Assembly (NCBI GenBank): GCA_964647585.1
Contig: CAZYGG010000012.1
Location: 4,762-68,761, forward strand
Source of the DNA: an uncultured Desulfobacterales bacterium
GTDB lineage: Bacteria; Desulfobacterota; Desulfobacteria; Desulfobacterales; CAJINA01
DNA: 64,000 nucleotides
Reading direction: 5' to 3'
Shown here: positions 10,618 to 19,484 of the stretch, piece by piece
Layout: each line of letters opens with the position of its first letter
How positions within the stretch are numbered: the stretch's first letter is position 1
Notes under the pieces: generated by a model
What the model was told of the DNA's origin: nothing
What the model saw: only the letters and a program-made list of their open reading frames with translations
The model's database searches: none
Position numbers and translations under genes: made by a program

Positions 10618-10780
10618 TTACTTGAATTCTCGTCCTTGCTCAGCCTCTTCGGCTAAAATGATTTCAGCTGCCCATCGGGCTGCTTTGCCCACAACCATGG
10701 TAATTTTTCTCGAATGCGGACGCATGCGCCTCAACGGCGTCCAATAATTCGGTCACTGATTGATATTTGCTTTCCAGCAT
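10618..10780 (-). pseudogene. Internally deleted C_GCAxxG_C_C-family redox protein
   Basis: Manual translation: N-terminus MLESKYQSVTELLDAVEAHASAFEKNYHGCGQ, then in another frame VVGKAARWAAEIILAEEAEQGREFK*. These resemble the family's first and last motifs; the middle is absent. Confidence 0.65.
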
Positions 10781-10796
10781 ATTCAGCCCCACCTTG

Positions 10797-12170
10797 TTAT
10801 GTTAATCCACCGGTCACGTTAAAAACCTGGCCGGTCGTGTATTTCGCCCCATCTCCGATGAAAAATAAGATGGACGCGGTGACGTCAAATACTTCTCCCA
10901 GACGGCCGGAGGGAATCTTTTCCGCAAGATCGGCCTTGAGTTCCTTTTCGATATTCTGGGGACGAACGGCGCCGATATATCCGGGAACAATACAGTTCAC
11001 ATTGACGCCGGCGGCGGCCATCTCCGCGGACATGGCCTGACTCAAGGCCACTGCGCCAGCCTTGGCTGTCTCGTAACGAATGGGGTCTATGTACCGGTCC
11101 CAACTCCAGGGAGCAAGATAGACAATCCGGCCCGACCGGCGGGCGGCCATCTGGCTTTTAAAATACCCGGCCAGGTCATGGGCACACCGCATGTTCTCTT
11201 CGAAGGGGTCACCCGGTTGCTGCTTTTGGCCTTTAAGGGGTTGATCAATGGTCCCGATGCCCAGATCGTGGATATACATATCGATGGGCCCGTACTCTTT
11301 CTCAATGTCCTGGATCTGTTCCGGGGTGAGCGGGCCTTGCTGCTCGATCGTGCAGTTGGGTGTGCAGACAGACTGGTGTTCCAGGTTTTTGGAAGGCTTC
11401 CAGGCCCCCTGGCGACTATCCACATGCATGATCAGCCTGATTCCCTGGGCCAGAAAAGCACTGCACACGGCCTGCCCCAATACAGTTCCGCCATTTACTA
11501 CCAGCGCGGTTTTCCCCATGAGGGAATCCGATGTTGGAGAGGGCGCGGCTGAGTCTTGTTCACCGCCTAACAGGCCGTTAAACACCAGTTCAAGAATTTG
11601 GCGTTCGGCTTCAAGCTGGCTGGTATGGCCCCTGAGGTCCCACCGCTTGACCGTCAAGGTGTCAATCATTGATTTAATCAAATTGGCTACCAGGCGTACA
11701 TTGCAGTCACTGAATTTTCCCTGGGCAATACACTCTTTAATAACCACTTCAAATTTTGCCAGGTGAGCGCGCTCTTTCTCCAAAAGACGCCTGAGAAAAT
11801 CTCCACCGAGGATATGGGTTTCCTGATATAGCAACAGCACTGCGTCCGCATACTGATCCATCATGTTGAACTCGGCCCGGACCATGCGGCGCAACTTATC
11901 GATAGGGTCCTGAATGTTTTCAAGGCTCCGGTTAAGAAACTCCATGGCTGAGCCGGCTACAAAATCGTGGATGAGGAAAAAAATATCTTCCTTGCTCCCC
12001 ACGTAATCGTAGACATTCCCATGGCTTAAACCGGCTTCTTCAGCAAGTTCCTTCAGGGTGGTTTTGTGATACCCGTTTATTGAAAAGAGTTTGATTGCGG
12101 CCAGAATAATTTGCCGGCGACGCTTTTTCACCAGATCTTTATTTTTGACTGTGGTTGGAATGCTGCGCAT
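10797..12170 (-). CDS. TetR/AcrR regulator fused to a C-terminal SDR (FabG-like) domain
   Basis: N-terminal HTH (TTLKELAEEAGLSHGNVYDYVGSKEDI); C-terminal Rossmann-like part with YETAK, VNCIVPGYI, IPSGRLG and YTTGQVFNVTGG. Confidence 0.85.
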   Translation of the reverse strand: MRSIPTTVKNKDLVKKRRRQIILAAIKLFSINGYHKTTLKELAEEAGLSHGNVYDYVGSKEDIFFLIHDFVAGSAMEFLNRSLENIQDPIDKLRRMVRAEFNMMDQYADAVLLLYQETHILGGDFLRRLLEKERAHLAKFEVVIKECIAQGKFSDCNVRLVANLIKSMIDTLTVKRWDLRGHTSQLEAERQILELVFNGLLGGEQDSAAPSPTSDSLMGKTALVVNGGTVLGQAVCSAFLAQGIRLIMHVDSRQGAWKPSKNLEHQSVCTPNCTIEQQGPLTPEQIQDIEKEYGPIDMYIHDLGIGTIDQPLKGQKQQPGDPFEENMRCAHDLAGYFKSQMAARRSGRIVYLAPWSWDRYIDPIRYETAKAGAVALSQAMSAEMAAAGVNVNCIVPGYIGAVRPQNIEKELKADLAEKIPSGRLGEVFDVTASILFFIGDGAKYTTGQVFNVTGGLT

Positions 12171-12200
12171 AAAGCCCCCTTTTTTCGGGTTAGGGCCGTA

Positions 12201-12267
12201 TTCCGATTGATCGTTCAGGTTCCGACTGACCGTTCAGATTTTTAGCCAATACAATTCCGCTTGTCAA
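12201..12267 (-). promoter_or_regulatory. Sigma70-type promoter with tandem TetR-type operator upstream of the TetR-SDR gene
   Basis: TTGACA on the minus strand at 12267-12262. Two direct repeats ttccgattgatcgttcag / ttccgactgaccgttcag (period 19), each a near-palindrome CTGA-N4-TCAG, lie just downstream of the -10 region. Confidence 0.65.
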
Positions 12268-12377
12268 GTCAAATTCCATTCATTTGCTACAGTTTATTTT
12301 GAAGTGTCTATTTTGAAACGGATAAAGCTGAAATATCAGAATTGAGTATATGCGGTGGTAGAAATTGACAAAACGAT

Positions 12378-12875
12378 TTATTTAAAGATGTACTTTTCGT
12401 TGGACAGTTTGTTGGTCGGATCGTTTTCGTTTGTCATTTGTTTTAGAAGTTCCCGTTCTTGAGACAACGGTAAGCGCCCTGTCAAATGGGCGTAGCATAC
12501 TTGTTCGTCATTTTGGTTTGTAAAAAAAGCTTCCGCCTCTGCACGCCCGGTTTTTTCTATCTTTGTAATCGTAATGGTACAAAGGATGGTATCCTCGAAA
12601 TAGACAGGCCTTATGTATTTAAAGTTCATACCGGTAGCAAGCCAGCCCACTTGCCCACCAAACTCGCAAATCATTGAACCAACGAGAAGGCCATGGCAAA
12701 TCAGGCCACTAAAACCTTTTATGTTTGTCCATCGTAAATCGTAATGGACAGGATTATAGTCTCTTGTTAAATCACCGAACGATTTGGTCTCATCCTCTGT
12801 GAAGGTACGTGTGTAAGTAACTGAATCTCCCTCTTTAAACCTTTGGATGGCTTTTATTCGAATCGGATTTGGCAT
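12378..12875 (-). CDS. MaoC family (hotdog-fold) dehydratase
   Basis: FGDLTRDYNPVH, ICHGLL and YIRPVYFEDTI motifs. Confidence 0.88.
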   Translation of the reverse strand: MPNPIRIKAIQRFKEGDSVTYTRTFTEDETKSFGDLTRDYNPVHYDLRWTNIKGFSGLICHGLLVGSMICEFGGQVGWLATGMNFKYIRPVYFEDTILCTITITKIEKTGRAEAEAFFTNQNDEQVCYAHLTGRLPLSQERELLKQMTNENDPTNKLSNEKYIFK

Positions 12876-13452
12876 TTTTTATATTCTCATCAATACGCTA
12901 TAAGAAGCGTCATATCCTCGCCCCATGTGAACATCGGGCTTCTTGAGTAATGGCTTGAAAACGCCCCTACGGGTCGTGTCAATCCTTTTGGGTTAGTACT
13001 TTAATAGTTATTTCTCCCACCCATTAAGGCATTCTGTGTATTCTTCTGAAGTGAATGTTTTGATGAACTCATTTCCTTTCAACTTTTTGTAATCACAGCC
13101 TGGGTCTGGATTGTCCGACTGATTAACTCATTCTTCTCATTGGTAATGTCTGTCTGGACCACTATCGTATAGGGCCTAACGTGAACGTAATTAAAAAGGG
13201 CAATTCACTCGACAGATGCGTATCTATCTATTCGATTTAAAACTGCACCTCGATTTTGGAACATTTACAAATTACAGATTGCTTGTCAAATTTGGATCGT
13301 AAAATTTTTTCAAGCGATATTACATCCTGTGGTCAGACGAAATTCCTGATGAGTGGTGATTATGAACCAGTCAATGAATATATCTAATTATCTGGTCATG
13401 TTTTGATTAATGGGGAGTATCTGGTAAATATTTGAGCAGTCGGGGGGGTGAT

Positions 13453-13529
13453 CGTCATGCCGGACTTGATCCGGCATCCAGCGACGTTACCTTTATACGG
13501 ACTGGATCCCGGCTTTCGCCTGGATGACG
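13453..13529. repeat. CGTC-tagged REP-like palindrome (family C, copy 1)
   Basis: cgtcatgccggacttgatccggcatcca...tggatcccggctttcgcctggatgacg; inverted homolog at 17797-17872. Confidence 0.85.
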
Positions 13530-13564
13530 GGCGTTCACCAAGAAAACTTCCCGACTTCTGAATT

Positions 13565-13612
13565 ATTTAGCATTTCACTCGAACCCTTGGATCCTGGACC
13601 CCTTGACCCCTC
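13565..13612. repeat. Degenerate CCTTGAA/C heptamer-like array (single arm)
   Basis: gcatttcactcgaacccttggatcctggacccttgacccct; same arm seen at 16035-16078 and 19370-19415. Confidence 0.6.
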
Positions 13613-13689
13613 TGGGGTAACACCTGTCAATTGGAGATTACTTATTTATCGGCCCTAATCAACTACAACTAATCGGGAGATGATCCGTA

Positions 13690-14427
13690 TTACTTTTGAT
13701 TTCCTTCATAATGGGCGATGCGGCTGTCCCAGTATTTGTTCACCTGCTCAATATACATTTCTTCAGGTATGAAAGGTTGGTCTATCTTTTGCGCTGTAGC
13801 CTCTGAGATTTTCATATTTTCAACAACTTCTTTTGCAGCCATCCTTACATTTTGTTTATACTCATCCAAGAGCGAATCAAGCCCAACTTTATCAGCCATC
13901 TTCAATAGAACCGCTTCCCCTTTATATATTTCAAAAATAACTTCTGAATAAAGATCCATAGCCATACGGTTGAAATACTGGCTGATAAATTCACAACATT
14001 TTTGTTCAGGAAATGCACCTGTTGCTATCACCCCTAATTGGGGATATTGGTCATATTTTTTGATATGCCCTGTATATCCATTCTCCCTTCTCACCAGGTG
14101 TGGATCCATAATTGGCACCATTCTATCGAGAAAGGTCTTCATGATTCCTGTCACATTATGGATATAGACAGGAGTCGCCATGACAACGAGATCGGATTGC
14201 ATGAATTTCTCTAAGAGACCAGCCATATCATCTTTCAAAGCGCACTTGCCGGGTGTCTTGGTCCAGCATTTAACACACGCAATACAATTATTTATTTCTT
14301 TTTCTGCTAATAGAACAACCTCAACTTTTGCTCCAGCTGCTTTAGCACCTTCAGCAAATTCATTGATTATCACATAGGTGTTACCCCGGGTCTTATGTAT
14401 ACTTCCATAAAAAACTGTTATTTTCAT
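13690..14427 (-). CDS. Flavodoxin-like / iron-sulfur flavoprotein (NAD(P)H-dependent FMN reductase family)
   Basis: GSIHKTRGNT, CIACVKCW...C, LKDDM and ATPVY...MKTFLDR motifs; AT-rich coding sequence. Confidence 0.85.
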   Translation of the reverse strand: MKITVFYGSIHKTRGNTYVIINEFAEGAKAAGAKVEVVLLAEKEINNCIACVKCWTKTPGKCALKDDMAGLLEKFMQSDLVVMATPVYIHNVTGIMKTFLDRMVPIMDPHLVRRENGYTGHIKKYDQYPQLGVIATGAFPEQKCCEFISQYFNRMAMDLYSEVIFEIYKGEAVLLKMADKVGLDSLLDEYKQNVRMAAKEVVENMKISEATAQKIDQPFIPEEMYIEQVNKYWDSRIAHYEGNQK

Positions 14428-14466
14428 AGCTGCCCTCGTTACGTTTGCATGAAATATTCTGGCTGG

Positions 14467-14608
14467 AAGAATCTAGAAAAACGGATTTTGGTTCAAGATC
14501 AAGGCGCATGAAAAAATCGAACCGGAGGAATACCCCAGTATTTCGAGGATTTGATTTTTTCACCCAACGCCGAGATTGGGCCAAAAGACTTTTTTGAGAT
14601 AGCTTCTA
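14467..14608. mobile_element. TA-ended MITE (family A, copy 1); its terminus supplies the TAG stop of the symporter gene
   Basis: aaaaacggattttggttc...aacgccgagattgggccaaaagacttttttgagatagcttcta; the final cta (14606-14608) is the symporter stop codon. Confidence 0.85.
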
Positions 14609-15979
14609 AGCCCTCTTTTCGCGGGTAGACCCCAGCAATTTGAGCAACAGCATACAGGCCGACAGGATAGCGGCAAAGACCAGCACCGTCATGCCGACGC
14701 TCCAGCCCCACCACAGGGGCGCGTTTACGAGCACGGTACACCCGCCCACGATAGGCGTTGCAATAATGTTCATCACTGCGATCTCAAAGGCAACCGGTGT
14801 TTTGAATTCAGGGTCGGTAATTCGCAGGAGCAAAAGGCCGCAGGAGACTGTTCCGGTTACCGTGCCGAAAATAGCGGCAGACCGCTCCAGCCCGAAAACA
14901 TCCAACTTTCTGCCAAAGTGGATCACCAGAAAAGTGGTCATAATGCCGTTGACCAGTGCAATCACGCTGATGGGTAGGATGTAGTCCCAGACGATCTTGA
15001 GTTGAATAGCCGCTACAGTGGCCACGATAAGGTAATCCACGGACCAGCCTGTAATCCTGCGCTGGATACCGGTATCGACCAGATGGACAACGCCCGCAAT
15101 CTTCATGAGCCATTTCACCAGGTAGGCAATGCCCAGCCCAAATAAAAAGAAAAATCCCCACAGGATGGTACTCACATCCGGCGGGAAAAATGAACCGAGC
15201 AGTCTTACACCGGCCCAGGTGATCCCGTAAACCACCCCCACCAGGGCGGTCTGAAAGGCCAGGGTTTCCGCGTTGCCGGTGTGAATGGTCAGGCTCCCCG
15301 CAGATTCGTTTTGGCCGCTCTTGGGCAGCAGACCGACAATGAAATCCCGGGAAAGCTCACCGGAACCAAAGGTGGCCCAGCCTTTACGAATACCGTAGTT
15401 GACCAGAGGCACGCCCACAAAAAAGGCAAAAAAGTACCCCAGGGCCGCAAAGGTCAACCCTATGGTGGCCGCGTTGGCAAATCCCAGCCCCTCCCAGGCC
15501 TTGCCGATAGACAGCGCCTGCCCAGGTCCTTCCTCAAACCCCAGAGGTACCAGAAACCCGAAAGTCGGAAACAATTTCAGGCCGACTAATCCGAATAAAA
15601 TTACAAAAAGGCCCCCTAAAACCGCCTGCATCGAAAAGGACATACCCTGCACGAGTGCCATCCAGGTCGGGCCTTTCAGCCGCTGCTTTTTAGATATGGA
15701 CGGAGTCTCATCATCGTCCCGGGTCAGTCCCACGGAAATAAAAGAGATGTTGAAAAAATGGTAGGCAAAGGTCTCAATGGTGCCGGCGCCGATGTCCAGA
15801 AGTCCCGTGTGCATGAGAACCAACCCGAACACCCCGCCGATCAGACAACTGGGAAAGAGATACCGCTGCAAAAATCCTACTTTCGCGCGCAGGGCTACGC
15901 CCACCAGCAGCAGACCGGAAAGTAAAGCAAACACCAGCATGCTATCAAACGGAAAAGGACTGTGCATAATAATCTCCAA
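14606..15979 (-). CDS. Sodium:glutamate symporter (GltS/ESS) family protein
   Basis: LFPSCLIGG, PLGFEEGPGQA and FGTVTGTVSCGLLLLRITDP motifs; multiple TM segments. Confidence 0.85.
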   Translation of the reverse strand: MEIIMHSPFPFDSMLVFALLSGLLLVGVALRAKVGFLQRYLFPSCLIGGVFGLVLMHTGLLDIGAGTIETFAYHFFNISFISVGLTRDDDETPSISKKQRLKGPTWMALVQGMSFSMQAVLGGLFVILFGLVGLKLFPTFGFLVPLGFEEGPGQALSIGKAWEGLGFANAATIGLTFAALGYFFAFFVGVPLVNYGIRKGWATFGSGELSRDFIVGLLPKSGQNESAGSLTIHTGNAETLAFQTALVGVVYGITWAGVRLLGSFFPPDVSTILWGFFFLFGLGIAYLVKWLMKIAGVVHLVDTGIQRRITGWSVDYLIVATVAAIQLKIVWDYILPISVIALVNGIMTTFLVIHFGRKLDVFGLERSAAIFGTVTGTVSCGLLLLRITDPEFKTPVAFEIAVMNIIATPIVGGCTVLVNAPLWWGWSVGMTVLVFAAILSACMLLLKLLGSTREKRA

Positions 15980-15984
15980 AAAAC

Positions 15985-16078
15985 AGGGTTCGAGGGGTCA
16001 AGGGTCCAAGGGGTCAAGTGTTTTCAGGTCTTCAGCATTTCACTCGAACCCTTGGCCCCTGGAGCCCTTGAATCCTAA
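15985..16078. repeat. Inverted pair of CCTTGAA/C heptamer-like arrays
   Basis: ggttcgaggggtcaagggtccaaggggtcaagtg ... cactcgaacccttggcccctggagcccttgaatcc. Confidence 0.7.
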
Positions 16079-16145
16079 TTGCACAAGCGTATGCAAGATG
16101 ACCCCTCTTTCAACAATTCTCAATAGCTTGATCGAGAGACGGCCT

Positions 16146-17582
16146 TCATTGTACAAACAAATCATTCACGAAACTTTTCAGTATTTTCTCACGGGCCGCG
16201 GCCGGCAGCTCATCCAGCACCCCATTGATATCCGCCATGCGCTCGGGCAGCCCCTGCCCGCCTACCCCGGCCATGGCCAGCAGGCCGTTGATGTCTTCAT
16301 CCGACACATTGGCAAGGTCCACTTCCCCGAGCCCATCCCGGACCATCTTCACCAGATCGCCCTCTGGTAAGGCAGCCGCAGTCTGCACACATTCGGCCAG
16401 GTCTTTAAGCAATTCATCTTCCCAGCCAACATTGGAAGCACTGATGGAAAGGTGGATGTGCGCCGGAGAGTTATCAAAAGAGAGTGCCGGCTGAATGTAC
16501 CACCCGCGGGCATTCATTTCATCTATGATGTGGAAAACATTGATGCTGTCGGAGGTAAAGGCCACCAGGCTCATCTGCGGCTGCGCCAGCAGGTGAATGC
16601 CGTCGATCGCGTCGATGCCGGCCGCAATCTTTTTCACAGCGGCCAGCTTCTTCCGAGCGATTTCCAGGTAACCCGCATCCCCCACGTAATTCAGGACTGC
16701 CCAGGCCGCCGCCATGGGCCCGCCGGATTTACTGCTCTGGATCGCATTGTTGATAATCGTATAACCTATCCAACTGGAACATGCAAATATCTGGTGTCGG
16801 CGCAGATCCTTACTGCGGTAGAGCACCAGGGAGGCGCCCTTGGGTGAATAGGCATACTTGTGCAGGTCCATGGAGATGGAAGAGACACCGGGTACACTGA
16901 AATCAAAATCCGGCACCGGCTCCCCCAGCCGCTTGAAATACGGTAGCAGAAAGCCGCCCATACAGGCATCCGTATGCAGCCACAGATCCTTTTCCAGGGC
17001 AATGTCACTCAATTCGCCTATGGGATCGATGACACCCTGGGCATAGGAAGGGGCGCTGCCCACCAGCATGATGGTGTTTTCCGTTATTGCCTGCCTTACT
17101 TTATCGGCAGACACTTTGAACGTCTCCGGGTCCACGGCCACCGACACGACTTTCACGTCCAGGTAGTGGGCCGCCTTGTGAAACGCCGCATGGGCAGTAG
17201 TGGGCAGAATCATTTCCGGCTGTTTAATTTCGGGCCTTTTTTCGCGATAGCAATCCCGGGCGGCCTTAACGGCCAGAATGATGCTTTCGGTACCGCCGCT
17301 GGAAAAATTACCGACCACGTTTTCATCGCCCCGTAAATGCCTGGCACCAAAAGCGGCAAGCTCCCTTTCCAACTTTTGCAGGCTCTGGAAGACCGTAAAA
17401 TCGAGGCCATTTTCCGACAGAAAGGCGTTGTACGCCTTTTTCCCAACGGCCATGACATCCTTGCCGGGATCGAAGACATATCCGAAAGCCCGGCCCTCTT
17501 GCCATTTCAGGTCATCCTTGCGAAAATCCTCCAACTTTGTGAATACTTCTTTTTCCGACATTCCCTTTTTAGATATTTGCAT
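16146..17582 (-). CDS. PLP-dependent group II decarboxylase, sphingosine-1-phosphate-lyase-like
   Basis: Start refined to MQISKKG. SGGTESI, TAHAAFHKAAHY, LHTDACMGG, DLHKYAYSPKGAS (PLP lysine) and GSKSGG-like SSKSGG motifs. Confidence 0.88.
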   Translation of the reverse strand: MQISKKGMSEKEVFTKLEDFRKDDLKWQEGRAFGYVFDPGKDVMAVGKKAYNAFLSENGLDFTVFQSLQKLERELAAFGARHLRGDENVVGNFSSGGTESIILAVKAARDCYREKRPEIKQPEMILPTTAHAAFHKAAHYLDVKVVSVAVDPETFKVSADKVRQAITENTIMLVGSAPSYAQGVIDPIGELSDIALEKDLWLHTDACMGGFLLPYFKRLGEPVPDFDFSVPGVSSISMDLHKYAYSPKGASLVLYRSKDLRRHQIFACSSWIGYTIINNAIQSSKSGGPMAAAWAVLNYVGDAGYLEIARKKLAAVKKIAAGIDAIDGIHLLAQPQMSLVAFTSDSINVFHIIDEMNARGWYIQPALSFDNSPAHIHLSISASNVGWEDELLKDLAECVQTAAALPEGDLVKMVRDGLGEVDLANVSDEDINGLLAMAGVGGQGLPERMADINGVLDELPAAAREKILKSFVNDLFVQ

Positions 17583-17644
17583 ATGTATCTCCCCGATTGT
17601 AAAGAAACCTGCCCCAAAGACATAATCTTGACAGTTTATGATCA

Positions 17645-17972
17645 AAATTCGAAATGCGAATATCGAAACCCGGAATGTTTTCAAGGCGAACGCCGCAAAC
17701 AAATTAAAAATTCAAATGTCTCAATGACCAAAACAAAACCCATAACGATAGGCCAGACAGATAGATCGGATGCGGGAATTTCCCTTAATAATTGTCCGTC
17801 ATACCGGCGAAAGCCTTGAGCCAGTCCACATCAAGAAAACGCCACTGGATGCCGGATCAAGCCCGGCATGACAACCAAAAGAACCCGACTACTGTAATAG
17901 ATTGTTTGGTTCATTCGAATTTCTGTCATTCGATATTGTTTCGGATTTCGATATTCGTGCTTCGAATTTACT
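17645..17972. repeat. Inverted pair of TTCGAAA/TTCGATA heptamer arrays with a family C palindrome (17797-17872) inserted between the arms
   Basis: Left aattcgaaatgcgaatatcgaaacc...aattcaaatgtctcaatgaccaaaaca; right tgtttggttcattcgaatttctgtcattcgatattgtttcggatttcgatattcgtgcttcgaatt. Confidence 0.75.
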
Positions 17973-18332
17973 TGCTAACCTATTCAAAGACATAGTCAAC
18001 GACTTTACCTTTAGCAAAGCGGGGACTACCCCTGATAGATGCTCCACATCGTTTTTATCAATAAAAGCCCGGCGAGCAACATCAGGTACAACATGACCCT
18101 TTTGCGAAAAAGAGCCTGATCGGTCTGAAAAAAAGTCTGTTTGCCTACCGCCAGGCCAATCCCCATGGGAACCAGGGCAACTAAAAAAAGTGGTTTCAGC
18201 CGGGGTGCGAGGCATATTAACTCTTGACTCTCAAATGGGACAATTGTAAGTTTTCAATATAGTGCTTTATATTTCACTACTGTGAATTATCATTCGTCAA
18301 TATGCATTGTCAACCCAATTCCGGATAAAGAT

Positions 18333-18989
18333 ATGACGGCTACAGACAGAAAAGCCTGGGAGAAAGCCCAGCGTGAAAAACGGATCATAGACATTGCCCA
18401 GGAGGTTTTCGTCTCCAGGGGATACGAGCAAACCACCATACCCGCCATTGCGGACGCGGCTGGTTATAACAAGCGTACGATTTATCTATATTTCAAAGAT
18501 AAAGAGGAAATTTTCCTGGCGGTGGTGTTGCGCTGTCTGCAACTATTGAAATCCGGTGTTGAGACCGCTACGGAACTGGTGCCGGAAGAAAGACCCGGAC
18601 TAAAGGAATTTGCGTGGGCCTTTTTCTATTTTTCAGAGGACTATCCGGTTTTTATGGATTTGATTATGCTCTACGAATCCCGGCATTTTGTCTACCATGA
18701 GGCGGACAGACCGGACCATTACGGTGAGCGGCACGCTGCCTGTCAGGCGGTGTCCGACGAGATTTCTGACATGGCAACCACTGCCATTGAAAAGGGCATT
18801 GCAAGCGGTGACCTGGTGACCGACCTGACACCCCGCCAGCTGATGCTGCTACTCTGGGGCCAGATCTTCGGGGTTATCCAGATTCTGCGTATCCGGGAAA
18901 AGCATTTTGAGGGCGCCTTCGGCCTGGGCCGAGACGAACTTTTCAACCATTTTGTGGCGTTGACGGAGTCGGCACTGGTAAAAAAATAG
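18333..18989 (+). CDS. TetR/AcrR family transcriptional regulator
   Basis: IIDIAQEVFVSRGYEQTTIPAIADAAGYNKRTIYLYFKDKEEIF HTH; start refined to MTATDRK. Confidence 0.92.
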   Translation: MTATDRKAWEKAQREKRIIDIAQEVFVSRGYEQTTIPAIADAAGYNKRTIYLYFKDKEEIFLAVVLRCLQLLKSGVETATELVPEERPGLKEFAWAFFYFSEDYPVFMDLIMLYESRHFVYHEADRPDHYGERHAACQAVSDEISDMATTAIEKGIASGDLVTDLTPRQLMLLLWGQIFGVIQILRIREKHFEGAFGLGRDELFNHFVALTESALVKK

Positions 18990-19039
18990 AACGGCAATTC
19001 CGCCAAGCATACACAGAATTGCCGTCTTGTATTCAAACG

Positions 19040-19240
19040 CTATTGGGTTTTGTTGTCCGGCTGACTTTGGCCGCGCTGCCCACCTCGACCCGGCTGTCTG
19101 CCTGCGCCCTGTTTCCGACCTTGCCCCTTGCCCTTACGGTTCCCTGCGCCCTGGCGCTGGGGATCACGGCGGCAGTTACCCTGCCCTCTGCCAACCCCGG
19201 GCCCTTTTCCCTGCGGTCCTGTTCCGTCTCCCTGTGGCAT
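19040..19240 (-). CDS. Gly/Arg-rich small protein with MPxGDGTGP N-terminus (DUF5320-like)
   Basis: AGGAGGTG RBS then MPQGDGTGPQGKGPGVGRGQG; this family commonly accompanies NifX/P-loop ATPase clusters. Confidence 0.75.
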   Translation of the reverse strand: MPQGDGTGPQGKGPGVGRGQGNCRRDPQRQGAGNRKGKGQGRKQGAGRQPGRGGQRGQSQPDNKTQ

Positions 19241-19369
19241 GCGACTCACCTCCTTTTGATACCCGCCAATCAGTACAGGCAGGCTTTTCGCTACTTTTAA
19301 AATGGCTCTTCTCTCAATTAGTTGGGAGAAAAGGTCTAAGTATCTGTTATCCGAGAATTATGATTTTTA

Positions 19370-19415
19370 GAATTTCACTCGAATCCTTGAACCCATGAAT
19401 CCTTGAACCCTTCAC
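19370..19415. repeat. CCTTGAA heptamer-like array (single arm)
   Basis: tttcactcgaatccttgaacccatgaatccttgaacccttcact. Confidence 0.6.
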
Positions 19416-19484
19416 TTAGATCAACTCTTTTGGAGATGATCCTGTAAAATAAATAAACAGTCAGCAGAAACAGCGTTCAGGGCC

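Noticed and set aside
17889-18215. 108-aa minus-strand ORF between the PLP enzyme and TetR
   Set aside because: Its C-terminal third is translated heptamer repeat; no motif or clear RBS.
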